A program made the translations under genes and the position numbers. DNA of 64,000 nt from Candidatus Hydrogenedentota bacterium (GTDB lineage Bacteria; Hydrogenedentota; Hydrogenedentia; Hydrogenedentales; SLHB01): assembly GCA_963668025.2 (NCBI GenBank), contig CAXXTH010000019.1, positions 96,001 through 160,000 on the forward strand. Reading direction: 5' to 3'. This document shows, piece by piece, positions 18,394 through 26,856 of the stretch (position 1 is its first letter; every line of letters begins with the position of its first letter). The notes under the pieces were generated by a model. The model was not told the origin of the DNA. It saw only the letters and a list, made by a program, of their open reading frames with translations, and did no database searches.

Positions 18394-19257
18394 TTACCAA
18401 TTTCCCGATGTCTTCAGATCATCCCTCATGGTCTCGACCTGGTTCCCGAGCTCGTTCAGCGAGGCAGTAAGCTCAGCATGGTTGTCCTTCGGGCTGTATA
18501 GGATTACTTTCAGGTTCATCGTGTCCTCGACGATACGGATTACATCGGCATGTAGGGAACCCTTCGGGATTACGAGGACATGACTCCGTGACGAAGGGTG
18601 TCGGAAGAATGCGTCCTCGAGCAGCAGAGCAACATCCGGATCGCTCACGCCACACCCGAGGAAGACAAACGTATGAGTCATTGCGAGGGCGTCGAGCACT
18701 TGGTAGAAGAGGCGATACTTATTCCTGGCCTTTGCATACTCCGACCGTGTGAAGATCATACGGTCCGGAGAGTCGATTGATCCGTGGATTTTGAGAACCA
18801 GCCGACCGTCTTCACGTATTGCATCAGTAACATCAGGATCGAAGTGATGTTTCACCACGATCGATGCGTTTGCCGCATGGTTCGCATAGACCTCGTAGAT
18901 TTTGTCGAAGTTCGGCGTAGCAACGATTCGCGAGTCAAGTCGGAAGATGTATTCATGGATCGGCGCGTATTGATAGCCGGGCGTGAGGAATTCGTCGCGC
19001 ACCAACTGTATAAAGTCATCTCTCCTGAGGCGATCTTTGATCACTTCACAGGCCGTCAGATAGTCCTTCTGATTGAGGAGCTTCCGTATGTGGGCGTTGG
19101 GATTCACACTGGCACATGCATCACGCAAGAAGGTCTCCCAGGTCTTCGGTATGCGTCCCATGGTGTTCGTTGAATTGCGTGAGATCCCTGCTCCAAGAAA
19201 GATCACGGATCTGCGGCGAGCGACGTCCTTGATGAGCTGTTGAGGCCAGATGATCAT
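18394..19257 (-). CDS. SIR2-family (SIR2_2) protein, predicted NADase effector
   Basis: IFLGAGIS, TPNFDKIYE, LKIHGS, FVFLGCGVSDPD motifs. Confidence 0.92.
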   Translation of the reverse strand: MIIWPQQLIKDVARRRSVIFLGAGISRNSTNTMGRIPKTWETFLRDACASVNPNAHIRKLLNQKDYLTACEVIKDRLRRDDFIQLVRDEFLTPGYQYAPIHEYIFRLDSRIVATPNFDKIYEVYANHAANASIVVKHHFDPDVTDAIREDGRLVLKIHGSIDSPDRMIFTRSEYAKARNKYRLFYQVLDALAMTHTFVFLGCGVSDPDVALLLEDAFFRHPSSRSHVLVIPKGSLHADVIRIVEDTMNLKVILYSPKDNHAELTASLNELGNQVETMRDDLKTSGNW

Positions 19258-20261
19258 ATGTTTGCCTCCAAATTGGCGGCCAGTTGCTCGGCGATCTTTG
19301 AGTAGATCCGCTCGGTATCTTTCACTTTCGCAAAATGCGCACCCACAACACCATCGGAACCTTTGAGCTTGAAGATTGGAGCGTGCGCCGATTGCGAGAG
19401 GGGAACCACGCTATGTAGGTTTGGAATTTCTCCCAGCTTGTAGAGAGCCGCCGATCCTAAAGACGAGAAATTCTCTATCAATTCCTTCTTGATCAGCGCA
19501 GGACCATTCCGGAGTATCTTGTCATAAGCCGATACAGGTTGGCGAACTCCACGTACACGCTTGGCAGTATATTGCTGTGTGATGTAGCCTATGAACTGAA
19601 GCTGCCAGGAGACGGGTTCGCTTGCAACAGCGTAGGGCTGTCCTTCTTCAGTCTCGTAATCGGCCAGTCCCTTCTCCAGTCCACGGCGCCACTTCTTGAG
19701 CGCAGTGGCGATATTCGATATTGCCATGATGCTGAAAATGTCGGACGACATTGGCATGAGAAAGAAATCAGACGCAATGAGCACCGCGCGGTTGAGTGCA
19801 CCTAAGGATGGACCGACATCAAACAGGACAATGTCGTAACCGATCATTTGTTGAAGTAAACCTTTGAAGACCAATGATGTCTGTAGTCCGCGAGGGTCGC
19901 CTCCAGCGCCACTTGTCCAATCCGAAGCAAGGAGGTCTTCGGATAGGGCAAGCCTTGGATCCCCCGGGACAAGATCGAATCCGAACCGTGGAGTAGTCAC
20001 AGGTGTGTATGTGGTCTCCATGTACCCCTTACCACGGCGTAGTGGATCGAAGAAGGCATCGATCGTTGCGCCTCGCGGAGAGGCGTACAGTTCCTGCACA
20101 TCGCTTTCTGGTAGAGAGTAGACTGTGGCGTTACATTGTGGGTCCGCGTCGACGACCAGGACGCGTTTTCCTAGAACGAGCTTGAAGTAAGCTCCGAGAT
20201 TGCACAGGAACGTAGTCTTCCCGACACCGCCTTTGTTGTTAAATACCACGATACTTTTCAC
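19254..20261 (-). CDS. ParA/MinD-family ATPase
   Basis: Deviant Walker A NNKGGVGKTT, VDADPQCNAT, FDVGPSLGALN; AAGGAGG RBS; stop codon overlaps the SIR2 start (ATGA). Confidence 0.93.
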   Translation of the reverse strand: MKSIVVFNNKGGVGKTTFLCNLGAYFKLVLGKRVLVVDADPQCNATVYSLPESDVQELYASPRGATIDAFFDPLRRGKGYMETTYTPVTTPRFGFDLVPGDPRLALSEDLLASDWTSGAGGDPRGLQTSLVFKGLLQQMIGYDIVLFDVGPSLGALNRAVLIASDFFLMPMSSDIFSIMAISNIATALKKWRRGLEKGLADYETEEGQPYAVASEPVSWQLQFIGYITQQYTAKRVRGVRQPVSAYDKILRNGPALIKKELIENFSSLGSAALYKLGEIPNLHSVVPLSQSAHAPIFKLKGSDGVVGAHFAKVKDTERIYSKIAEQLAANLEANI

Positions 20262-20433
20262 ATATGCCTCCTTGTTCTGCCTCTTGCCAGCAGTGGTTAT
20301 ATAGTTTCGTCATAGCATCTTTAGGTCGCAACATCGCGTCAAAAGATCCCTCCGACCGCGCTGGCATAAAGCCTGTATTTGCAGAGCATTGAATCATGCT
20401 CTGCAATGGACGCAGGGGGGATATATGGTTTCT

Positions 20434-20547
20434 GTGTAACACCCTTTCGTTCTCCGCTCTACAAATTGTCCACGGGACTCCTGACGCCCTTGACGCTATC
20501 GAGAAGTGGTGTGGCGGATGAATGCGGGAGAATAAGTTGTGTTGAAA
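20434..20547 (-). other. attC-like site upstream of the ParA-SIR2 unit
   Basis: Minus strand TTTCAAC-acaactta-TTCTCCCGC...GCGGAGAA-cgaaagggt-GTTACAC; one extra C; spacers longer than canonical; shares AAGGGTGTT with the 17327 site. Confidence 0.5.
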
Positions 20548-20757
20548 CAGGATTGAGATCTTCTCCATAAGGCCGTTCCCCTTGGGCAGCCCGGAGGGCT
20601 GCACTGTATTCTCCGTGTTCCGATGTCGGCATAGTATACCCCTATATGGCACGGAGGCAACAGGCGGGGGTGTTGAAGACAGCCAAACAAGCGCGGCTCC
20701 AGCGCCCTCGCCGGCCACCAGACGAAATGTAATGCTCTAGCGGAATGAAGCAAGAGT

Positions 20758-20912
20758 TTTTTTAGACATGATTTACAAGATTAACAAGATTGGACAAGAT
20801 CGCAACAATTTTTTTATTAAGCAAACCATGAAAAGAGCGAGCATGTTTTTCTTCTTGTAGCGGAATTGCCATCAAAAAATCTTGTCAATCTTGTAAATCA
20901 TGTCTAAAAAAT
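20758..20912. repeat. Long inverted repeat built from ~9-bp tandem units (ACAAGATT)
   Basis: TTTTTTAGACATGATTTACAAGATTAACAAGATT versus AATCTTGTCAATCTTGTAAATCATGTCTAAAAAA; a related unit occurs at ~26510. Confidence 0.8.
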
Positions 20913-21127
20913 CTCCCATAAATGGAAGTTTGCCATGTATTCGCGGTTCAAAAATCGGCCCAAGGCTTTTACTCCAGATGGCTAAATTATTGCGACGAAA
21001 TATAGCGTATCAATACCGTTGCAGCGCAATAAGCAAGGGCAAAAAGACAGCAGATGCTACTTCAGGTGGCTAACGTATTGCCGATATTTTTGCATGCAAA
21101 TCCACTTCGATGCTTTTTTAGGGGATA

Positions 21128-22186
21128 TCACACATTAAACCGGAACAGCACGATGTCCCCATCTTGCATGATATATTCTTTGCCTTCGAGGCGGACATGG
21201 CCCGCTTCGCGCGCCTTGGCCATCGAGCCCGCCGCGATGAAGTCTTTGTAGGCCACGGTTTCCGAGCGGATGAATCCGCGCTGGATGTCGCTGTGGATCA
21301 CGCCTGCCGCCTCGACAGCCTTCATACCCTTGCGGATGGTCCAGGCGCGCACTTCCGGCTCGCCCGCCGTGAGGAAGCTCATCAGGCCCAGCATACTGTA
21401 GGCCGTCTGGAGAAACCGCGTGCGCGATTCTTCGCCCAGGCCCAGTTCCTCCCGAAATGCGGCGCGCTCTTCTTCGGGCAGGCGCGACACTTCCATCTCC
21501 ATTTCGCCGCACAGTGCGATCAGGGCCTGGCCCGACTCCGCCGCATAGGCATCCAGGCCGGAAGGCTCATCGTTACCGATGGACTCTTCGCCGTAGTTTC
21601 CCAAGAGCATCAAGGGCTTTTGAGAGAGGAACTCGAAACCTTTGATCTCCTTCGCTTCTTGGGGGGATAGCTCGAGCGTCCGCAGCGAACGCCCCGCCTC
21701 GATATGCTCGCGGGCGCGAAGCAACACCTCGAATTCCGTGTCCTTCTTGTTTTCCTTCGCCATGCGTTCGAGGCGTTTCTCGATGATGATCAAATCGGCG
21801 ATCTGAAGCTCTTCCTCGAGGGCCTTGCAGTCGCGGACGGGATTCACCTCCCCCACGGGATGCATGACTTCTTCATTCTCGAAGGCGCGCACCACGTGGA
21901 CCAGGGCGTCCACATTCTTGAGCAGCGTCATGGCGGCGGCATCGAGGGCCTTTTCCTGGCCGCCCGATTCGCTCGGGGCCACATCGACGAACTGGAATTC
22001 GGCGTAGGTGATTTTCTTCGGCTTATGGATCTGGGCGAGCCGGTCCACCCGTTCATCCGGCACTTTCAGCACCGCCACATTGGCGTCGCGGCTGCCAAAA
22101 GCGCCCACTTCCGCGTGGGCCCCGGTCAATGCGTTAAACACAGTGGTCTTGCCCGAACGGGCGAATCCGATAATGCCAGCTTTCAT
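21128..22186 (-). CDS. ychF: Ribosome-binding ATPase YchF
   Basis: GIIGFARSGKTTVFN, VPDERVD, LVHVVRAF, FLTAGEPEVRAWTI, IHSDIQRGFIR, EGKEYIMQDGD. Confidence 0.95.
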   Translation of the reverse strand: MKAGIIGFARSGKTTVFNALTGAHAEVGAFGSRDANVAVLKVPDERVDRLAQIHKPKKITYAEFQFVDVAPSESGGQEKALDAAAMTLLKNVDALVHVVRAFENEEVMHPVGEVNPVRDCKALEEELQIADLIIIEKRLERMAKENKKDTEFEVLLRAREHIEAGRSLRTLELSPQEAKEIKGFEFLSQKPLMLLGNYGEESIGNDEPSGLDAYAAESGQALIALCGEMEMEVSRLPEEERAAFREELGLGEESRTRFLQTAYSMLGLMSFLTAGEPEVRAWTIRKGMKAVEAAGVIHSDIQRGFIRSETVAYKDFIAAGSMAKAREAGHVRLEGKEYIMQDGDIVLFRFNV

Positions 22187-22371
22187 GGTTCTTCCTTCCG
22201 CTTTGTAAAAAAAACATGGTAACAGTGGAGGAGCGGAAAGCGCAATACGGCTGCAATTACCCAAATCCGCACGTAACAATTATAATGGCTACAAACACGA
22301 AGCCAGCAGGTGATGTGCAACGCGGCGCACATGAAAAAACGGCATCGTATTGCCCCGGAAACTCGGGCGCG

Positions 22372-23808
22372 CTATTCGTAGCTTTTTCGCATGGTCGTCG
22401 AGAGGATGCCCATGGCTTCACGGTATTTCGTGACCGTTCTCCGGGCGATGTTGATATCTTGCTTCTTGAGCAAATCCGCGATTTTTTGATCGCTCAGCGG
22501 CTTCTGTTTGTTTTCCTCATCCACGAGTTTCTTGATCATGGACTGGACGCTCTTCGAGGATTGCTCTTCTTCTCCGCTATCACGGCGCAAGCCGGGTGAG
22601 AAGAAATATTTCATCTCGAAAAGACCCTGGGGCGTCTGCATATATTTCCCTCGGGTGGTCCGGCTCACGGTGGCTTCGTGGACGCCTACTTTGTCCGCGA
22701 TTTCCTGCAAGGTGAGGGGCTTGATGGCTTCGACGCCCCGCTCGAAGAAATCCTGCTGCACATCCACGATGGCTTGGGCGATGCGCAGAATCGTATGCTG
22801 GCGCTGCTGGATGTTGCGGATGAGCCATTTGGCCGACTCGACCTTTTCGCGGATGTATTGTTTCTCTTCGCGCCCCAGGTTTTTATCACGGGCCATTTGC
22901 TGATACCGGCCATTGATGCGCAGTTCGGGGATCGTTTCATTCGAGAGATAGGCGGCAAATTCGCCGGATTCCTCGTCTTTCTCGACGATCACATCGGGAG
23001 TCACATACTGCGGCGGATCAGAGGAATACTCGAGGCCGGGCCAGGGGTCCAGCGTGGCGAGCATCTTCTGTAATTCCTCGACGCGTTCCGGGGTGATCTG
23101 CATGGCCTTCGCGATTTTGAGGATTTGGCGGCGCTCGAGTTCTTCAAGATGCTCGGACACCAGCACACGCAATTCGTTTTCGTCTGGAAACTCGACATTG
23201 AGCTGGATTAATAAGCACTCGATGATATCCCGCGCGCCCACGCCCGTAGGCTCGAAATGCTGGATGCGGTGCAAGATACGCTCGACCTGCTCCGGCGTAG
23301 CGCCGAGTTCGCCCGCGATTTCATCGATGGAACCCGTGAAATACCCCTTGTCATTGATATCGCCGATAAGGCGTTCGCCAATGGCGTAGCCTTGTTCATC
23401 CATTGACAGCATGCGCAATTGAGTGAGCAGCATGGATGTGAACGATTCTTCCCGCGTAATCGAGTTTTCGTAGTAATCCCGGCGCGCGTCGGCGTCGGGA
23501 TTGCGGCTCAGGTCGCGGCCTTCCTTCGCGTAGTCATTCCATCGCTCATGGTAGTCATCCAAGTCGAAGCCCACATCGTCGAAGGTCTCCGTGTCCTTCG
23601 TCGTGGTGGTCGCCTGCGGCATCTCGCGGGGCGGTTCTGGCTCCTTGGCTTGTTGGTCGAGAAGCGGATTGGTTTCGAGTTCCTGCTGGATATAGTTTTC
23701 AAGCTCCAGCCCGGAGAGCTGCAAGATTTGGATCGCTTGCTGCATCTTCTGGGTCAGCATCAGGCGCTGGGTTTGCGTCTGCGCAAGCCGGTGCTCCATG
23801 TTCATCAT
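22372..23808 (-). CDS. rpoN: RNA polymerase sigma-54 factor
   Basis: Gln/Leu-rich region I, PTGVGAR, HEATVSR and RpoN box ARRTVTKYRE. Confidence 0.98.
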   Translation of the reverse strand: MMNMEHRLAQTQTQRLMLTQKMQQAIQILQLSGLELENYIQQELETNPLLDQQAKEPEPPREMPQATTTTKDTETFDDVGFDLDDYHERWNDYAKEGRDLSRNPDADARRDYYENSITREESFTSMLLTQLRMLSMDEQGYAIGERLIGDINDKGYFTGSIDEIAGELGATPEQVERILHRIQHFEPTGVGARDIIECLLIQLNVEFPDENELRVLVSEHLEELERRQILKIAKAMQITPERVEELQKMLATLDPWPGLEYSSDPPQYVTPDVIVEKDEESGEFAAYLSNETIPELRINGRYQQMARDKNLGREEKQYIREKVESAKWLIRNIQQRQHTILRIAQAIVDVQQDFFERGVEAIKPLTLQEIADKVGVHEATVSRTTRGKYMQTPQGLFEMKYFFSPGLRRDSGEEEQSSKSVQSMIKKLVDEENKQKPLSDQKIADLLKKQDINIARRTVTKYREAMGILSTTMRKSYE

Positions 23809-23826
23809 ATGGTGGAATCTCCCTTT

Positions 23827-23842
23827 AGCAATTCGCGTGCCA
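23827..23842 (-). promoter_or_regulatory. Sigma54 -24/-12 site immediately upstream of rpoN
   Basis: Minus strand TGGCACGCGAATTGCT matches TGGCAC-N5-TTGCW. Confidence 0.8.
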
Positions 23843-23870
23843 TTTTACAGCAGAATACCCCCAAAGTCAA
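23842..23870 (-). promoter_or_regulatory. Sigma70-type promoter for rpoN
   Basis: Minus strand TTGACT-17 bp-TAAAAT. Confidence 0.65.
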
Positions 23871-23899
23871 TTGATAAAACCCAGGAGGCGTGGTATAAT
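23871..23899 (+). promoter_or_regulatory. Divergent sigma70-type promoter
   Basis: TTGATA-17 bp-TATAAT with a TGn extension. Confidence 0.7.
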
Positions 23900-23994
23900 T
23901 GTCCTTGTAGATTCTTTATATGTCATTGATTTTAAATGAGTTATGATGGCCTGGCCTTGCTGTTCCAGCCATGGCCTAACAAGGCCCGAAGGGG

Positions 23995-24774
23995 ATGCAT
24001 ATGCTCCGGTTCAGCCTGCTCGGGAGCGGCAGCAGCGGTAATGCCATTCTCGTCACCTCGCCTGCCGGAAAAATCCTCATTGATTGCGGACTGAGCCTGC
24101 GCAAAATCCAGCTTCGCGCCTCGGAACTCGGCGAATCCCTGGATGGCCTCCAAGCCGTTTTTCTCACCCACGAGCATAGTGATCATTTGTTAGGGCTTGG
24201 CCCGCTGGCGCGGAAATTGGGCACGCCGGTTTTCATGACGAACGGCGCGTTCAACGGCCTGCCCCCCACGGTAGGCAAGCTGCCGGAAGTGCATTGCTTC
24301 GACGCGGGCGAAGCCATCGAGATATCGGATATGCGGGTGCAAAGCTTCAGCGTTTCCCACGACGCAGCGGACCCTGTCAGTTATACCGTGGAATGCGGCG
24401 GGGCTAAAATGGGTCTTGCAGCGGACTTGGGCCACCCCACGGCCTTGGTGCGCACGCGCCTGGCGGGCTCGCACGCCCTCGTGCTCGAATCCAACCATTG
24501 CCCCGACATGCTCCGGCGGGGCAAGTATCCGCCCGCCCTTCAGCAGCGCATTCGCAGCCGCGTCGGGCATTTATCCAACGGCGACATGAGCACCCTGCTC
24601 TCGGAATTACTTCATGAGCGCCTGCAAGTCGTCGTTCTGGTCCATATCAGCGAAGAGAATAACGACCATGATTTGGCCGTATCCATGGCGGCGCGTGTGC
24701 TCGAGGGGCGCAATGTGTCTCTTTGCGCGGCTTATCAAGACCGGCCCACGCCGCTCTTCGAGGTGAGGCCGTGA
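23995..24774 (+). CDS. MBL-fold metallo-hydrolase (YycJ/WalJ-like)
   Basis: SGSSGN, LIDCG, THEHSDH, SHDAADP, LESNH, GHLSN. Confidence 0.92.
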   Translation: MHMLRFSLLGSGSSGNAILVTSPAGKILIDCGLSLRKIQLRASELGESLDGLQAVFLTHEHSDHLLGLGPLARKLGTPVFMTNGAFNGLPPTVGKLPEVHCFDAGEAIEISDMRVQSFSVSHDAADPVSYTVECGGAKMGLAADLGHPTALVRTRLAGSHALVLESNHCPDMLRRGKYPPALQQRIRSRVGHLSNGDMSTLLSELLHERLQVVVLVHISEENNDHDLAVSMAARVLEGRNVSLCAAYQDRPTPLFEVRP

Positions 24775-26069
24775 AGCCGCTCGAATTTTTACACACCGTC
24801 GGCGCCGTGCGGCTCCTCGAACGGGCGTCACGCGCGGCGGCGGCCCCCGTAGCCGTCCATTACATCGAACGAGGCCAGGAAGGACCGCGCATTTTGGGCG
24901 TCGGCCAATGCGCCGCATGCCGCACCGTGGCGGCCTTGCCGGGAGGCTCCGCGGCATGCCGCGCCTCCCGCCTGCAAGCGTCGGCGCGCGCATCGAGGCG
25001 GGATGTGCCCGTGCCTTTCTTATGCCCGATGGGATTCGCATGCGCCGCCATGCGCGCCCTGCCGGGCGAAGCATTTGTTTTTACTATCGGCCCGTATTGC
25101 CCATCGGAAGCGCCCGAGGCCCTCGAGGATGAGGCGCGTGCGGGAATCGAAGCCCTTGATGCGGATTGGACCGGAGATTTGGGTGAATTGCTGGCCGATA
25201 TCCGCCATGTGCCCGCATCAGCCGTGCCCGAGATAGCCCAATGGACGGCCGATAATCTGGCTGCCCTATGGCGCGCCGAACAAGAACGGGAATCCCGCGA
25301 AATCGCCCAGGCCGCTACGCCTGTTCCGCTTGAAGCGGAGAATCCTGCTCCAAACCACTTGCCGCTGCGCATGGATGGCCCGCCTGCCACGCATGCGGGA
25401 GCCGCCGCCATCGCCACGGCCCTGGCGGGAGGTGCGCGCGGGCAGGTGCGGCAATTGGTCGAAGCGGCGCTGGCCGAAGTGGACGCGGGCAAACGGGCCA
25501 CGCTCCCCATGCAACGCGCGCGTGCGGTTTCACTGGCCACATCCGTGCTCGAAGCGGCGGAACGCGCGGAAATGGATACGGCCCCCGCTTGGCGGCTCAT
25601 GCCCGCCTTCATCGAGAAAGCCCAATCAGCCAAGGGAACGCTCCCTTTGCGCGACGCCGCCCTAGAAGTGCTGGGCGAACTGGCGCGGCGCGCGGCGCGC
25701 GGCGCTTTGGCCGACAGCGCCCTCGAAGAATTGCACCGGCTCGTATTGGAGCGAATGCCCGAAAATATCACCCTTGAAGAAGTAGCTACTGCGCTTGGAC
25801 AGCATCCCACTGCCATCACCCACCGCTTGCAGCGGAAATTCGGCCTGTCTTACACCGAATACGTGGCGCAATTGCGCATCGCCCAGGCCAAGGAATTGCT
25901 CCGCCGCACCCGATTGCGGATAAACGACGTGGCGATGCGCGTGGGCATCTCCGATATCAGCAACTTTGGGCGGCTGTTCCGCAAAGTCGAAGGCGTCTCG
26001 CCCGCGCAATACCGTAAACGATTTGCAAATCCCAGCAGCAGCGCGCGCCGCGCCGCCCCTTCGGAATAG
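24771..26069 (+). CDS. AraC-family regulator with PocR-like Cys-containing sensor domain
   Basis: CxxC...C...FLCPMGF N-terminal domain; C-terminal double HTH (LRIAQAKELL...VGISDISNFGRLFRKVEGVSPAQYR). Confidence 0.88.
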   Translation: MKPLEFLHTVGAVRLLERASRAAAAPVAVHYIERGQEGPRILGVGQCAACRTVAALPGGSAACRASRLQASARASRRDVPVPFLCPMGFACAAMRALPGEAFVFTIGPYCPSEAPEALEDEARAGIEALDADWTGDLGELLADIRHVPASAVPEIAQWTADNLAALWRAEQERESREIAQAATPVPLEAENPAPNHLPLRMDGPPATHAGAAAIATALAGGARGQVRQLVEAALAEVDAGKRATLPMQRARAVSLATSVLEAAERAEMDTAPAWRLMPAFIEKAQSAKGTLPLRDAALEVLGELARRAARGALADSALEELHRLVLERMPENITLEEVATALGQHPTAITHRLQRKFGLSYTEYVAQLRIAQAKELLRRTRLRINDVAMRVGISDISNFGRLFRKVEGVSPAQYRKRFANPSSSARRAAPSE

Positions 26070-26093
26070 CCCTGCGGCATTGGAGGCATTGGC

Positions 26094-26240
26094 ATGATGG
26101 AATGGATTCAACAATGGTGGCGGCGGTTTCGCTGTCCCACCGAATTTTTGTGTGATAACTGCAAATACGACTACCCCTCGGCCTGCTCCCACCCCGAGCG
26201 CCCCAACGCCGTCAAATGCCCGGACTACCGCCCCCGGTGA
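26094..26240 (+). CDS. Small 48-aa Cys-rich protein (absent from the ORF track)
   Basis: GGAGG RBS at 26082; MMEWIQQWWRRFRCPTEFLCDNCKYDYPSACSHPERPNAVKCPDYRPR. Confidence 0.65.
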   Translation: MMEWIQQWWRRFRCPTEFLCDNCKYDYPSACSHPERPNAVKCPDYRPR

Positions 26241-26455
26241 GAAATGAAGTTTTTTTCTTGCTTATTTTTAGAATTAGCCACAAAAACGCAAGAATCGAAG
26301 CGCGGCATGGCAGCAACCAAACGGCCAGCTTTTTTGAACCGCGAATGGACGCGAATGGACGCCAATAGATTAGAGTGTCGCTTTGTTAGTACGGAATACA
26401 TTTCTTAGTGTGATGTAGGTAGATCAAGCCCTACACTACAACAACATCAAAATAT

Positions 26456-26581
26456 GTAACACTTTAGCCAACTGAAGCAGGTTTAGCTTTATTAAGAATC
26501 GTTGCGACTTGTCCAATCTTGTAAATCATGTCAATCATGTCAAAAAAAAGCTGCCATTGCTTCAGTCGGCTAAAGTATTAC
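26456..26581. mobile_element. MITE-like element, GTAACACTTTAGCC TIR family
   Basis: GTAACACTTTAGCCAACTGAAGCA / TGCTTCAGTCGGCTAAAGTATTAC, a 24-bp imperfect IR. Confidence 0.7.
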
Positions 26582-26856
26582 CAGAATTGCAGATATTTGG
26601 ATCCACAGATGACACTGATGAGCGATTAATAACAGTGTGACCGAGTCACAAAGTATGTCACTTAATATTTTAGTGTAATTAGAGTATTTCGTGGTCCAAA
26701 ATCCGGTCTTTTGAGGCAGGGATTTCATTTTGTTGCTGCACGATACAAAAATCAAAAAATGCTAAGCAGCCTAGGTGGAGAAAGAAGGCTGAAGTTTTTC
26801 AGCGCGGCCATGATAGAATCATCGGCAAAAGGGCTTGGGCGAAAGGGCGGAGCAGC

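Noticed and set aside
19254-20261. ParA as a chromosome or plasmid partition gene
   Set aside because: No parB, parS or rep gene nearby; it is coupled to SIR2 inside a cassette-like context.
20262-20750. Retron msr-msd upstream of ParA-SIR2
   Set aside because: No reverse transcriptase in the window, and no clear a1/a2 repeats.
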